A stretch of 64,000 nucleotides of DNA from Roseibacillus sp. (GCA_051251855.1 JBPOGI010000005.1:64001-128000), one strand, 5' to 3'; shown: positions 41,036 through 51,996, numbered from the stretch's first letter. Notes: generated from the letters alone by a model not told the origin. Translations and numbers: made by a program.

Positions 41036-41719
41036 CTAGCTCTTGCTGAGCACGTCGATTAAATATCGAAACTCCTCATCGGTTGAGACCTTGGAGGAGG
41101 TCGTTGATTCGATTTCGCTTCTTACTTTTTCGCGGAACTTCTGTCTGATGCGGTGGATGGCGACTTTCAAGGCGTTGTCGCTCATCCCAAGCTCGGCGGC
41201 CGCCGTTCCTCTGGGGGTGGTGGGATTGCCATCAAGCCAAGCCCGTAGGATTCGAAATTGAACCCCTTTGCCTGCAGCTGTCATCTCCTGTTCTAAGACC
41301 TCATGTGCCCGGTGAATCAATGCATGTGCCCAATCACGATCAAAGTCAGTTTGGTCGCGATCTTCGGCCTCCAAGACATCCAGCAGTTCGACATGTTCAT
41401 TGCCACCCCCGCGTTTGGCGGCCATTGCGTGCGCATGTTCGTGGGATAGAAAGTGCTTCACGGCACCGAGAAGGTAGGAGCGAAATCGACCGCGTTCCGG
41501 ATCAGGAGAACCGAGGCTTTCCCGGTTCAATAGTCCTTCAAAGAATGAGTGGGTTAAATCACGGGCTCGCTCCTTGTTGTTCACTCTATGAAGAACGAAA
41601 AGGTGTACGGGTTCATAGTAAATCTCACAAAGTTCCGATAGCGCTCGGCCCCCCTCGTCCGAACGCAGGCCTGCGCGCTGTACCAGGGTCCAGCGAGTAG
41701 AATGAAAGGAGGAGCTCAT
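41036..41719 (-). CDS. ECF-type RNA polymerase sigma factor
   Basis: F.STRWTLV, LCE.YY.P, ARDLT..FF, RGRFRSYL and A.ELGMS..ALKVAIHR.R; ATGA overlap with the kinase gene. Confidence 0.88.
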   Translation of the reverse strand: MSSSFHSTRWTLVQRAGLRSDEGGRALSELCEIYYEPVHLFVLHRVNNKERARDLTHSFFEGLLNRESLGSPDPERGRFRSYLLGAVKHFLSHEHAHAMAAKRGGGNEHVELLDVLEAEDRDQTDFDRDWAHALIHRAHEVLEQEMTAAGKGVQFRILRAWLDGNPTTPRGTAAAELGMSDNALKVAIHRIRQKFREKVRSEIESTTSSKVSTDEEFRYLIDVLSKS

Positions 41720-44310
41720 TCGATCTTAGTTATGTGCCACTCTTTTATAGTCACCGTTTTTTGTTCAGGAGTTCCGGAAAAGAATACGTGAACAGCATCC
41801 CGCAGAACCATCGAGATGAGCAATTCTCGATCCCCGTCTTTAGCCGCAACCAGCGCTGTGCGTGGTGAACCGGAGCCGGATTCGATCTGCTTGATTTCGG
41901 TCAGGCTTTTGAATTGCTCCTTGAGCGCTTCAAGTAGCGCAGGTTCTTTCGTGAGTTTATCGAAGATGGCGCCTTCCATACCTCTCTCAAAGGCATAGTA
42001 GTCGTTAGCCTTCGCCGCCTTCACCATGGAGTGGATCGTGGCCAATGGAACTGAGTAGTTGAATTCAGGTTCCTCTGGCAAGGGCAGCTTCCACTCTCGA
42101 TTCACCTTCACTAGATCGATGAATCCGTGACCATCCGGATAGATTAATTTTACCGAGGCATGTTCTCCCTGCTGCATTTTTTGTCCCCCATATTTCACCA
42201 TGGCCATGCCTTTCATCATGTCGCTCAGTTCGGGTTCATCCTTGAGAAGGGCTTTGCGATAGGCACTTGTTAGACCTCGCAAGAAACCTTCCCTATCGTT
42301 CTTCTTTGCTGCTTTGATCGTCGATTCCATTGCGTCACGAGTGGTGCTGAAATCATATTCCATGGGGGGAAAGACCGGAGGCGGAGGAGCCATGCCGACC
42401 GATGGAGGTAGGATTCTTGAATGCGGCCACCATGTTAGTTGAGAAGCAGCGATGGTCACAACAGCCGCCAAGAACAAAAGAACCGCAGTCTTTTTTCCGG
42501 AAAGTAGTATGCTCACGATCACGGTCACCGGAACCAAAATGAGTAAAGGGAGGGTCCACAAGCGATAGTGTTGGATGAGATCATCAATTTCTTCGTCTTT
42601 GGGACGATAAGAACCTGACTGACGGAGAGTGGTTGGAAGAAGGCTGCGCAATCTGCTCGTGAAATTTTGCCAGTGTTGGTGCGCGACCTTCTCCGACGAT
42701 GCCGATATCTCGACCTCCGCGTAGAACCTCTTAGCTTTTCCCAGATCTCTGGGTTGGGTCAGATAGCGAACTCTGTAGTAATCCGCAAAGGGACCGGCCG
42801 CCTCTATCATGGCTGCTTTGATTTTCTCTTGGCCCTCTAGATCTTGGGGGGGTGCCGCAAATTGAATCCCTTGCACGAGAGTGCCCCTCAAATTGCCCGT
42901 TCCCAAGTAGCTGATTTTTGCCGCCAGAGCGCTCAACGATACTAAAACACAGGCTGCGAATAACCATAGGCGAGACTTCAGCACTTGGGTTCCGGTTCCC
43001 ACCCATTTCCAGAGGGCAACACCAACCAGAGAAGGAACTAACAAGGCGAGAAAGAACAGGAACGGCTGCCAGACGAGAAGGGTTATGCCTTTTAATCGCG
43101 TTGGATCTACCAGCATGAGATAGAGGATCAGGGAATACGAGGCGATCGCGATGACCACGGGCCAGAATGTAATGAAAAGGAGAGCGTGGTGATGTTCGCT
43201 TCGGTAGCTGCCTGTTTTGATTCGCCAAAGTGTAACCCAACATCCAACTAACCCAAAGACAGCCGCTGTGATTCCCAGTCCGCAAAGGAGAGGGCTGGTA
43301 TAGAACCCAATTACCGCTCCGACGATCCCACCAATCCAGGATAGGAGACTTCTTTTCTCGAGCGTCTGCGCTGACTCTGCTGGAGACCTTTCAGAAGGTG
43401 CCACCGACTGATGAGCCGTCTTGACTCCTTCGTTCACTTCTCCAGCGCTTTGGTAGCGGCTTTCGCGTTCTTTAGCCAAGGCACGGAACACGACCTTGTC
43501 GAGACTAGGATCGCTTGTCGATTTTTCGCTTGGAGCGGGAAACCGTCCCAACGGGAGACTGCCTGTGAGCATTTCATAGAAGACTACTCCGAGGCTGTAA
43601 ATGTCTGCCCGGTGATCGACATCGTGCGGACTCTCAATTTGTTCAGGAGCCATGTAGGCGGTCGAACCGAGCGCTGAACCTGTGTGGGTGAGGGTGAAGT
43701 CGGCTTGCTCACCCATGAGGCGCGCAATTCCGAAGTCCGCAATCTTGATGTGGCCACGAGTATCTATCAGAATGTTTTCGGGTTTGATGTCACGATGTAG
43801 CACTCCTTTTTCGTGGGCGAACTGCAGGGCCGAGCAAAGTTCAGGAATGACTTCCAATGCTTGGTTTGGCGTGAACATCGCGGTCTGCATTGCCTGACGA
43901 AGGTTGACTCCTTCCACAAGCTCCATCGTCAGCCAGAAAAATCCTCCTCGTTCACCGAACTCGTGAATGGCCACGATATTCGGATGTGCCAGCTTGCCTA
44001 AAGTTCGAGCCTCACGCTCGAAACGCTCCGCGAAGCCCGGATCTCCACTGAGTGAGGGATCGAGTATTTTTAGCGCGAGGTATCGATCCAGTGCAGGTTG
44101 CTCGGCCTTGTAAACGATTCCCATACCTCCTCGGCCGATGCATTCCAAGATTTTGAGTTCAGGAAAGGCTGCCTGAATTTGTGCCAGCGAAGGCACATCC
44201 GCTAGAAATTCTGACTCGTGAGCACCCCGTAGTACGCAGGTAGGACAAAGACCGTGAGGTGCATTTACTGGCAGCTCAGCTTCACAAGATGGACAAATAT
44301 CATTCTTCAC
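41716..44310 (-). CDS. Membrane-anchored Hanks-type Ser/Thr protein kinase
   Basis: GRGGMG, ALKIL, HRDIKPEN, DFGIA and YMAPEQ motifs; N-terminal CxxC..CxxC; several TM segments; GTG start. Confidence 0.93.
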   Translation of the reverse strand: MKNDICPSCEAELPVNAPHGLCPTCVLRGAHESEFLADVPSLAQIQAAFPELKILECIGRGGMGIVYKAEQPALDRYLALKILDPSLSGDPGFAERFEREARTLGKLAHPNIVAIHEFGERGGFFWLTMELVEGVNLRQAMQTAMFTPNQALEVIPELCSALQFAHEKGVLHRDIKPENILIDTRGHIKIADFGIARLMGEQADFTLTHTGSALGSTAYMAPEQIESPHDVDHRADIYSLGVVFYEMLTGSLPLGRFPAPSEKSTSDPSLDKVVFRALAKERESRYQSAGEVNEGVKTAHQSVAPSERSPAESAQTLEKRSLLSWIGGIVGAVIGFYTSPLLCGLGITAAVFGLVGCWVTLWRIKTGSYRSEHHHALLFITFWPVVIAIASYSLILYLMLVDPTRLKGITLLVWQPFLFFLALLVPSLVGVALWKWVGTGTQVLKSRLWLFAACVLVSLSALAAKISYLGTGNLRGTLVQGIQFAAPPQDLEGQEKIKAAMIEAAGPFADYYRVRYLTQPRDLGKAKRFYAEVEISASSEKVAHQHWQNFTSRLRSLLPTTLRQSGSYRPKDEEIDDLIQHYRLWTLPLLILVPVTVIVSILLSGKKTAVLLFLAAVVTIAASQLTWWPHSRILPPSVGMAPPPPVFPPMEYDFSTTRDAMESTIKAAKKNDREGFLRGLTSAYRKALLKDEPELSDMMKGMAMVKYGGQKMQQGEHASVKLIYPDGHGFIDLVKVNREWKLPLPEEPEFNYSVPLATIHSMVKAAKANDYYAFERGMEGAIFDKLTKEPALLEALKEQFKSLTEIKQIESGSGSPRTALVAAKDGDRELLISMVLRDAVHVFFSGTPEQKTVTIKEWHITKIE

Positions 44311-44320
44311 ACTCTTTCCT

Positions 44321-44345
44321 GACGAAAACTCTGCCGTTGGTTACA
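44321..44345 (-). promoter_or_regulatory. Possible ECF-sigma promoter for the STK-ECF operon
   Basis: TGTAAC-N15-CGTC ending 10 nt upstream of the GTG, matching the generic ECF AAC/CGT pattern. Confidence 0.4.
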
Positions 44346-44399
44346 GATAAAGACGAAATTTAGTTCGTTTCAATCCTCGGCCAGACTGACTTCGGCGTT

Positions 44400-45107
44400 C
44401 TATCGCAGGTGGGAACTCCTAGTTCTGCGGCGGAGGAGTATGGTCCAACTGAGGCCAAGTCCGCAGGACGTCAAAATAGATGGCTCGGGAATAGGGGCCG
44501 CAATGGTGAGAGTGGACGGATTGAAGGTAAGGTCGACAATATACTCTTCACCAAAGTCGACATCGACGACCATACCATTGCCTGGATTAACTCCACCGAT
44601 GTTGTTCGAGTTCTGAATCCTACCGGTTCCGTTGGCGTTCAGTTCTACTAACGAAGGGTGATAGCGACCAGTTCCCATTTCCCTCCCGTTTAATTCGAAG
44701 ACAGTTCCTGTGCCAGCCAGCTCGCTGAGTTGGAGGCCGTCGGATAGGTCGGCAGTCGGTAAGATCGTGAAGTTAAGAGAGCTTCCTTGGGTGTAAAAAT
44801 CGGAACCCAATATGGTTCGCTGGAGATCGAAGGCTGGAAAACCAGAAGGGGTTGGGTCAGTGTCGAGGATTCCGAACACGTTGTATTCAATTGAGTTGAG
44901 AGCTGGATTGTTATAAGTGGTTCCTGGAGTGAGGTCGGCTGCAATATCAATACTGAACTCGAAATCTCTAATTCTGTTGAAGTTCGGATTCATGGTGAAG
45001 TCGGTATTTGCAAAGGAGATGACTGAGGCTTGTGCAGAATGACTCGTGAGGCCCAGTAAAATGATAAGAGCCCAAGGCTGCCGCTGAAAAAAAGGTGAAA
45101 CTTGCAT
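44400..45107 (-). CDS. PEP-CTERM sorting-domain protein
   Basis: Signal peptide; C-terminal IPEPS, hydrophobic segment, then RRRTR. Confidence 0.8.
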   Translation of the reverse strand: MQVSPFFQRQPWALIILLGLTSHSAQASVISFANTDFTMNPNFNRIRDFEFSIDIAADLTPGTTYNNPALNSIEYNVFGILDTDPTPSGFPAFDLQRTILGSDFYTQGSSLNFTILPTADLSDGLQLSELAGTGTVFELNGREMGTGRYHPSLVELNANGTGRIQNSNNIGGVNPGNGMVVDVDFGEEYIVDLTFNPSTLTIAAPIPEPSILTSCGLGLSWTILLRRRTRSSHLR

Positions 45108-45390
45108 ACCGCCCTCTAGTAAGGGATTTGAGCTTCTTCAAGACAAGCTCTTTTCTTTCGTGGATGAGCCCCCAATGGATTAGGTTTATTGTTCTGTTTT
45201 AGGTGGTGATGTGTCTATCCTACGCCTTGCTTATCTTGCGTAATCATCGCAGGCATTCCTTTGAGTAGACGCGACTCTACCCACAGCATTATCAACGATT
45301 TTTTTCCAGTGAAGGATTGACTGTTAATGGAGCGATGAGAAGGGGAGTGGAAAGATGCTTTTGGCATCTTTCTCGGTAGGATCAATGCGG

Positions 45391-46203
45391 CTATTTCTGA
45401 GCCCATTGCCGGATGGAGGCAGCTCTTTTGAAGGCTGTCTTTCGAGCAAGTTCAACTTCCTCGGGGATGAAATCGTAGCCATGCTTCTTTCCTCCCATGA
45501 GACGGTTGAACTCGGTCTGAGTTGCCTTGTCAGGATGGCTAAGAGCCAGATTGTGACCTAACTCGTGAGAGCAGGTGCGGGCGATAGAACCGATTTTAAA
45601 TCGACCTTTTTCGGCAAGAGGAAATTTGATGGGGGGCTTCTTGGCTTGAAAAGGTTTATCAGTCCAAACTCCGACGACGGCTCTGTTGCCACCAAGTGAG
45701 GCAAACCCTTGTTGGGTCTGGCCGACATAGGGGAAGAGGTAGAGATTGTTCACCACGGGATGCGCGCGCGAGACGTTGCAGAGGCGAAGGATGTTAGGAA
45801 CGCGTTGAGGAGAGTGATCGCGGGTTGCGTTTACGATAGATTCAATCAATTTTTCTCGCTTGGGAAGCTCGGGCGCGGGCTGTATTCGAATACTTTCCAA
45901 GACCCACTCCACGTTTGCTTGCTTCCAGATGCGATTGATTTCTGGAAGGAGTTTCTTTTCGAAATCAGCGGGCTTGACCCAGACTTCCATTTCTTCTCCT
46001 TCGCGATTCATGGTGAGATTCGAAATGAGATAGACTCGGAGGGGGAGTTGAATTAGTCCTGCGGGCTCCTTTGGAGTCTGCACCATTTCAAGAATGGCTC
46101 GCTTGGCCTCTGATGCATCACGAGATGCTTGAGTGGGCTCCGCGAGAATGGGGAGTGAAAAAAAGAGTAGAAGGGCGAAGAGAGTGGGAGCAGTTGTCAT
46201 CAA
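45391..46203 (-). CDS. Secreted zinc metalloprotease-like protein (metzincin motif)
   Basis: HELGHNLALSH followed by Met-turn-like RLM; signal peptide. Confidence 0.7.
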   Translation of the reverse strand: MMTTAPTLFALLLFFSLPILAEPTQASRDASEAKRAILEMVQTPKEPAGLIQLPLRVYLISNLTMNREGEEMEVWVKPADFEKKLLPEINRIWKQANVEWVLESIRIQPAPELPKREKLIESIVNATRDHSPQRVPNILRLCNVSRAHPVVNNLYLFPYVGQTQQGFASLGGNRAVVGVWTDKPFQAKKPPIKFPLAEKGRFKIGSIARTCSHELGHNLALSHPDKATQTEFNRLMGGKKHGYDFIPEEVELARKTAFKRAASIRQWAQK

Positions 46204-46719
46204 TTCAATTTCTCTTTTTTAATCTTCGGTCGGACTTAAGATTTCCCAATTTTTTTTGCACTAGGGAAGGCCAGTCAAATGGCCCTCACCCCCCTCGAAA
46301 AGGCTAGGGGAGAGAAGATAAACTGTGAACAACTATTCAGATTTTTTGGAGTAGGCATCCCATTCTAGCAAGACTGGTAATTAATTGAGAGGGCACGGAA
46401 GAGTTTCAGAGAACTCTATCCGAGAAACAAGTGGAGCTATGAATTCGGTTGATACGGAGAAAGCTCATGATTGAGTGGCGGAAAGAGTAACTCTTCACAG
46501 AATCCTCGATGATTGCTGTTCTTCGGGTGATTCAGCGGCCTAGGGCATTCTGTTTGCGTCATCATGACCCAAACAGGATGGTCCAACGAAAAACCTTGTT
46601 CTCTTAATTTGATGGCGTAGCTAGTGCGAGGTCAGCTTCGAAGATTCTTGTTTTGTGGGCGCATCCTTTGCATCGTTTCAGGGAGCAGTTGTTCACTGTG
46701 AAAAATTAAGAAGTAAGGT

Positions 46720-47664
46720 ATGAGGAATAAGCGCATTGTAATCATCGGTACTCGAACATGGGAACTTACATCCATTCACATGGAATATTTTGTGAAGAAC
46801 GAGGCCAATGTTGTGGGAATCCTAGAATCTCCCACCGAAGGTATTACGACGACAACTTCGGGAGGAAGCTCAAGCAAGCCCATTAACGTTGTTGCCGAGG
46901 AGCAGAACATTCCCATCATCTGTGGGAAGCCAAAAGACGAAGGCGTCATGGACCAAATTCGGGAATGGAAGCCTGACGTTGTTGTTGTGATTGGGTATCA
47001 GTTCTTCCTGCCTGACGAATTTCTCGCGATTCCTCCCATGGGCGTGCTCAATTTCCACACCTCTTTGTTACCTCGACACTGTGGGCGGCATCCGGGCTTT
47101 TGGACCATTTGGTATGGAGACGAGCAATCAGGGATGGCGGTTCACTTTATGGATTCGGGTTTGGACACCGGTGAAATTGCCTACAAATCCTATGTTCCCT
47201 TGAAGGATGGGGATACCGTCGATACTCTCTATGATCGAATTTGGAAAAGCGACGAAGCGGTTGTGAAGCAATTGCTGGATGACGTTGAGGGCAACTGTAT
47301 TCCGAGAACTCCTCAGGATAAGAGCGAATATACCTACAACTACGTCCCTCATGAGAAGGACTTTGAATTCGACTTCAGGCAGTCTGCGCAGTTGCTCGTG
47401 AACAGGCATTCGGTAAAGCCCGGAAAGTCTTACGTCGTTCTTAACGGCACTCAATACCCGGTTTCCGCATGTTCCGCTATTGATGAGCCTACTACCTCTC
47501 GGAACTTCAAGTTGATAACACCCTACAACTATCAAGGAAATCTCGTGTATATGACTCCCAATCAATGGCTCCAAATTGATGAGCTTATTGTGGACGATAA
47601 GCCGTGCTCTGGTTTAGAAGTCGCCCAGAAGGAGTTAGGGGAACTACGTGAGATTGCGAAGTAA
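46720..47664 (+). CDS. Formyltransferase-family protein (Fmt-like, substrate unknown)
   Basis: NFHTSLLPRHCG and HFMDSGLDTG N10-formyl-THF motifs; divergent from canonical Fmt. Confidence 0.8.
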   Translation: MRNKRIVIIGTRTWELTSIHMEYFVKNEANVVGILESPTEGITTTTSGGSSSKPINVVAEEQNIPIICGKPKDEGVMDQIREWKPDVVVVIGYQFFLPDEFLAIPPMGVLNFHTSLLPRHCGRHPGFWTIWYGDEQSGMAVHFMDSGLDTGEIAYKSYVPLKDGDTVDTLYDRIWKSDEAVVKQLLDDVEGNCIPRTPQDKSEYTYNYVPHEKDFEFDFRQSAQLLVNRHSVKPGKSYVVLNGTQYPVSACSAIDEPTTSRNFKLITPYNYQGNLVYMTPNQWLQIDELIVDDKPCSGLEVAQKELGELREIAK

Positions 47665-47990
47665 TCGAAAGATTGAACGGCTTTCGAAGGTGCAGTCGAC
47701 CTTCTCTTAGTGGGATGAGCGGCTGATGAAGTTGCTGCGAGTCGTTTTCGAACACCGAACGGAAGGAGGGACAGCTGTCTTTGCGTAGGCGGAATTCGGG
47801 GTTACGAAAGCCCAGTTAGTTTTTTCTCTTCGTAAAGAAGGCTCTTTTTCTAGGAGCAAATCATTTTTCTGTTCAAGGATGACAATTGCGGTGGTCGGGT
47901 TACTCGTTCACTAATATTGAGCCCGTCACTTTTGGCCGACACGCGGGTTCGGATTGCATCTGAGCTTCATACAGTTGAGATTGATTGCCT

Positions 47991-49823
47991 ATGGACGAGA
48001 CATTGTTCCTCAACGGATTCATCTATATCGCTGCTGCGGCGGTAGCTGCTCCTCTAGGACGAAAGTTTGGTCTTGGGGCGGTACTGGGCTACCTCATCAT
48101 TGGAGCCTTGATTGGTCCTTCGGCATTGGAGCTTTTGCGAGGGGACCGAGAAAAGGTCATGCACTTCGCCGAGTTCGGGGTGGTGCTGATGCTTTTTGTT
48201 GTTGGACTTGAACTGGACCTCTCTCGGCTTTGGAAAATGCGCGGACCTATTTTTGGGCTCGGGGGCTTGCAGGTTTTGGGGACGACGATTTTGATTGGGC
48301 TGACTGCTCTCGTCTTTCAATACTCGTGGCGCGAGTCCTTTGCTCTGGGGCTTATCCTCGCTCTTTCTTCGACCGCTATTGTGATCCAGACTTTACGCGA
48401 GCGGGGTCTCAGCGAGACCAGTTCGGGAACGCAAAGCTTTGCTATCTTGCTTTTCCAAGACATCGCAGTGATTCCGATTTTTGCGATTTTACCTCTTTTA
48501 GCTATGAGCGAAGTTGATGGGGGAGAAGGGCATGGCTCCCATAGCATTCGTTGGATTGACACCCTTCCTAGTTGGGGACAGCCCTTGGCAATCGTGGGTG
48601 CGGTGGTGCTGGTCATTCTTGTGGGAAGATTTTTGCTGAATCCTTGGCTGCGTTGGATCACGCGCTTGCAAGTGACGGAGGCGCTCACTGCTACTGTGCT
48701 GGCTCTCGTGATTGGGGTGGCTTTGCTAATGAATTCGGTGGGCCTTTCACCCGCCTTAGGAACCTTCATCGCGGGCGTGATGATGGCCAGTAGCCAGTTC
48801 CGCCACGAGTTGGAGAGCGATATCGAGCCCTTCAAATCGCTTCTCCTTGCAGTCTTTTTCCTCTCTGTTGGAGCGAGTATCGACTTTGGTCTCATTGCCA
48901 GTCAGCCGGCCAAGATTGCGGTAATGGTCTTCTTGTTGATGAGCTTGAAGTTCGTGGTTCTCTATCTACTGGCGCGAGTCTTTGGGCTTTCCCTCGACCA
49001 ACGGCTACTCATGGCAGCAGCTTTGGCGCAGGGAGGAGAATTTGCCTTCGTGCTCGGTGCTTTTGCTATCAATAACGCTGTTCTTGGGCCAGACCTAGGT
49101 GGTGAAATGATTGCTTCGGTGGCGCTCTCGATGGCCCTTGCTCCTCTCTTGTTGATATTTGTTCAAAAGGTTGTTCTTCCTCGAGTTGGCACCCTCAAGT
49201 CGACGGAAGAGAAACGAAGTCCTGATGTCGAAAACGAGAACGCCAGAGTCCTGCTTGCGGGCTTTGGGAGATTCGGCCATCCTATCATTCGCCTCTTGCG
49301 AAGCGCTGGCGAAACTCCCACCGTGCTTGAGCGCGATAGTGATCATGTGGACTTCATCCGCCGTATCGGGATGAAGTGTTATTACGGCGACGCCACGCGA
49401 GTGGGGCTTTTGAAAGCCGCTGGCGCCGAGACTGCAGAGCTCTTGATCATCGCCATCGATCAGGAAGAAGACTGCCTCGAAATCATTGAAACCTGCCGAA
49501 AGCATTTCCCACATCTTAAGATTCTCGCTCGCGCCTGTTCGCGCAATCATGCCTATCAATTGCAGGCCACCGGAGTGCGGTTCTTTATCGAGCAATTGGG
49601 CTCATCACTCGATTGCGCCATTGCAGCTTTTGAAGAACTCGGCCATTGTTCCGAACATGCCAAGGATGCAGCCCGTCGCTTTAAAGTTCACGAAATTGAA
49701 AGCATCGAGCAGATGCAGGCTCATCTCGGGGATGAGAAGAAAATGATGAATGCAGCCCAGCAGAACTTGAACGATCTCGATAGCCTCTTGGTCAATGCCC
49801 CGCTACCGACTAAGAAGCGGTAG
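47991..49823 (+). CDS. KefB/KefC-like CPA2 K+/H+ antiporter with KTN domain
   Basis: AEFGVVLMLF.VGLEL, LFQDIAV, QGGEFAFV, GFGRFG and YYGDATR. Confidence 0.9.
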   Translation: MDETLFLNGFIYIAAAAVAAPLGRKFGLGAVLGYLIIGALIGPSALELLRGDREKVMHFAEFGVVLMLFVVGLELDLSRLWKMRGPIFGLGGLQVLGTTILIGLTALVFQYSWRESFALGLILALSSTAIVIQTLRERGLSETSSGTQSFAILLFQDIAVIPIFAILPLLAMSEVDGGEGHGSHSIRWIDTLPSWGQPLAIVGAVVLVILVGRFLLNPWLRWITRLQVTEALTATVLALVIGVALLMNSVGLSPALGTFIAGVMMASSQFRHELESDIEPFKSLLLAVFFLSVGASIDFGLIASQPAKIAVMVFLLMSLKFVVLYLLARVFGLSLDQRLLMAAALAQGGEFAFVLGAFAINNAVLGPDLGGEMIASVALSMALAPLLLIFVQKVVLPRVGTLKSTEEKRSPDVENENARVLLAGFGRFGHPIIRLLRSAGETPTVLERDSDHVDFIRRIGMKCYYGDATRVGLLKAAGAETAELLIIAIDQEEDCLEIIETCRKHFPHLKILARACSRNHAYQLQATGVRFFIEQLGSSLDCAIAAFEELGHCSEHAKDAARRFKVHEIESIEQMQAHLGDEKKMMNAAQQNLNDLDSLLVNAPLPTKKR

Positions 49824-50064
49824 CGCTTCGTTCTATCGCTCTTCTTATCAGCTGAGAAGAAAAGGTGGGTAATTTCCACGCAACGAGCTTCAATCTTCAA
49901 AAGAGAGAGGAACATGGAGGGCTCAAAAAGAAACCGACGGAGTCTTCGCTCTTTGTCCTTAGGAACGAAACTTTGGTGCAGAGGTTTCCAAGAGGCTTGG
50001 CTTGGCTTGGCGTGAGCGGAGCGCTGGAAAAACGTAGTGGCAGACTCTACAGGAACTGACTCAG

Positions 50065-50089
50065 GCTACACTTATGTCCTAAGTGTAGC
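50065..50089. promoter_or_regulatory. Perfect 10-bp inverted repeat (operator or hairpin)
   Basis: GCTACACTTA-tgtcc-TAAGTGTAGC, 130 bp upstream of the 50219 start. Confidence 0.45.
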
Positions 50090-50218
50090 GTTCAAAACGA
50101 GGCGAAACGTTCGACTCATGCTCAGCTTCCCATGTGGTTTTATTTTTTGAGAAGAAAATAAAAATCGTATTCAGCTGCTCCGGTTTGGGTGGGGCGCCCA
50201 TTGGGCTGCACTCACAGA

Positions 50219-51532
50219 ATGAAAAATACGCACACCTTACTCATCGCTTTCTTTGCTCTCTCCGTCTCATTTGCAACAGCCCGCATTATCTCTCCAGATG
50301 GTTCTGGTTATACCAGCGTTTCCGCGCATCCGGTGTTTAGCTCGGCCTATAGTGCCAGCAACCTCTTCGACCAATTTCTAACCATCAATGAAGATCCCGG
50401 CTCAGGCTCTGATTCGGGGCGAGCTTGGGCGAGCGCCAATAGTGCAACGAGCGCGGTTGTCGAATTTGAACTTGATAGTGTTCAAGATGTCGCAGCCTTC
50501 GCCTACGCACAGCGTCAATTTGGAAGCGGAAATTCGACGGACAAATTCGGGAGCGTCAACATTTGGGTCAGCGAGACCACTCCTTTCTCCAGCTTCACTG
50601 CGCCTGCTACAGGCCCACAGGTGAGCAATCTATCCCTCAGCACAAATATTACGGATACTTTCAAGCTTTACGCCTTGCCCTCCATTCAGCGCGGCCGCTA
50701 CTTCCGCTTCGAGTTCACAAATCCTATCACCGCTACGGGTATTCCTGGGGGGACGGAGCTCCGCCTCGTGAGCGAACTTTCTCAAGTCAGCACCAACGGA
50801 ATCATTTCACCTACCGGCACGCTCTACACCAACGTGCAAGCGAACAGCTCAGTCAATGGCAACTACACCCCCGACAACCTCTTTGACCAAACCCTCGCAG
50901 TGGGCGACGACCCCGGCAATGGCAGCGATTCTGGTCGTTCATGGGCCATTGGGAGCACAAGTGTCGGGACAGTTAGTTTCCAGCTTGACCGAGTCTACGA
51001 TGTCGGCGCGTTGATCTACGCGCAACGGCAGTTCAACGACAGCGATCAGAATGACAAAGCCGACACCGTCGAAATTTGGAGCTCCGATTCAGCCCCTATT
51101 ACCGCAGAGCCTGCTCGGTCGGCCGATGCTTCTCTCACCCTGAACGTCAATGTCACTGACACCTTTCTTTCCTACCCTTTTTCTGCCCCAATTTCTGGAA
51201 GATACTTTTTCCTCAAGTTTGCCACCAGCGGCTTCGGCCTCATCGGAGGCTCTGAGCTACGCTTGGCCCCGTCAGTCGTCAGTGTTTCCCCCCCTGTCAT
51301 CACCAACCTCGTTAAGAGAGATTTCGCAGTCGACCTTACGATGGAAATCCCTCCTGGGTCCTTCAAATTACAATATTCATACGACCTCCTTCCGAACAGC
51401 TGGAGCGATGTGCCTGGAGGAACGTTTGGCTCGGAGCTCACGACCATCGACTTTCGGGATACCCATGCTGGCAACGTGTACCCAACGAACGGGAAAGTCT
51501 TCTATCGACTGAAGAACTTGTCGCCTCAATAG
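50219..51532 (+). CDS. Secreted protein with two tandem discoidin/CBM32-like domains
   Basis: Internal duplication IISP.G..YT.V.A...NLFDQ...DPG.GSDSGR.WA...YAQRQF...GRYF; signal peptide from MKNTHT; C-terminal S.DL..W..FYRL module. Confidence 0.72.
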   Translation: MKNTHTLLIAFFALSVSFATARIISPDGSGYTSVSAHPVFSSAYSASNLFDQFLTINEDPGSGSDSGRAWASANSATSAVVEFELDSVQDVAAFAYAQRQFGSGNSTDKFGSVNIWVSETTPFSSFTAPATGPQVSNLSLSTNITDTFKLYALPSIQRGRYFRFEFTNPITATGIPGGTELRLVSELSQVSTNGIISPTGTLYTNVQANSSVNGNYTPDNLFDQTLAVGDDPGNGSDSGRSWAIGSTSVGTVSFQLDRVYDVGALIYAQRQFNDSDQNDKADTVEIWSSDSAPITAEPARSADASLTLNVNVTDTFLSYPFSAPISGRYFFLKFATSGFGLIGGSELRLAPSVVSVSPPVITNLVKRDFAVDLTMEIPPGSFKLQYSYDLLPNSWSDVPGGTFGSELTTIDFRDTHAGNVYPTNGKVFYRLKNLSPQ

Positions 51533-51649
51533 GGAAGACATCGAAGCGGAGATTGATGGAAGGAGGAAGACTCACCGTTCCTCACGCCAGCCCTCGGAGG
51601 ATCACTTTCGAGGGCACGGTAGGGGGAGGCGCTCAAGTTATCTGTGTTA

Positions 51650-51974
51650 GCATCTATCAATGCCATCCATTACAATGAAGAGAGTTCCGGACATCAGGCG
51701 TCGGGTTGGAGAGCGAACTGTTCCATGGATGGTCTTGTCCTCTATCTGAATGCCCCGGCAAGGGTAGGTGCTTCGTTTGGAGTAGACTCCTTGTTTCTTT
51801 AAAGCGTTGTAGAAGGGAATCTCGATTCGTTTAGACGCCTGAGGAGGTAAACCGTCGACAATGAACAAAATCACCCGAGCAGAGGCTTCCCGACCCGACG
51901 CCACCCCCGGACAAACAGGAGATGCCAGTCAACAAGGCAACTTCTTAAGCTCCACGAGAAAACAGTGCTTTCAT
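51650..51974 (-). pseudogene. Degraded 5' fragment of an alkaline-phosphatase-superfamily gene
   Basis: RVILFIVDGL motif after a frame-disrupted signal-peptide-like start; further frameshifts and truncation. Confidence 0.45.
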
Positions 51975-51996
51975 CGTTATCAAGACAGAGTCGAAA

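Noticed and set aside
46720..47664. Calling this gene fmt
   Set aside because: It has the formyltransferase core but lacks typical Fmt N- and C-terminal features and context; substrate unknown.
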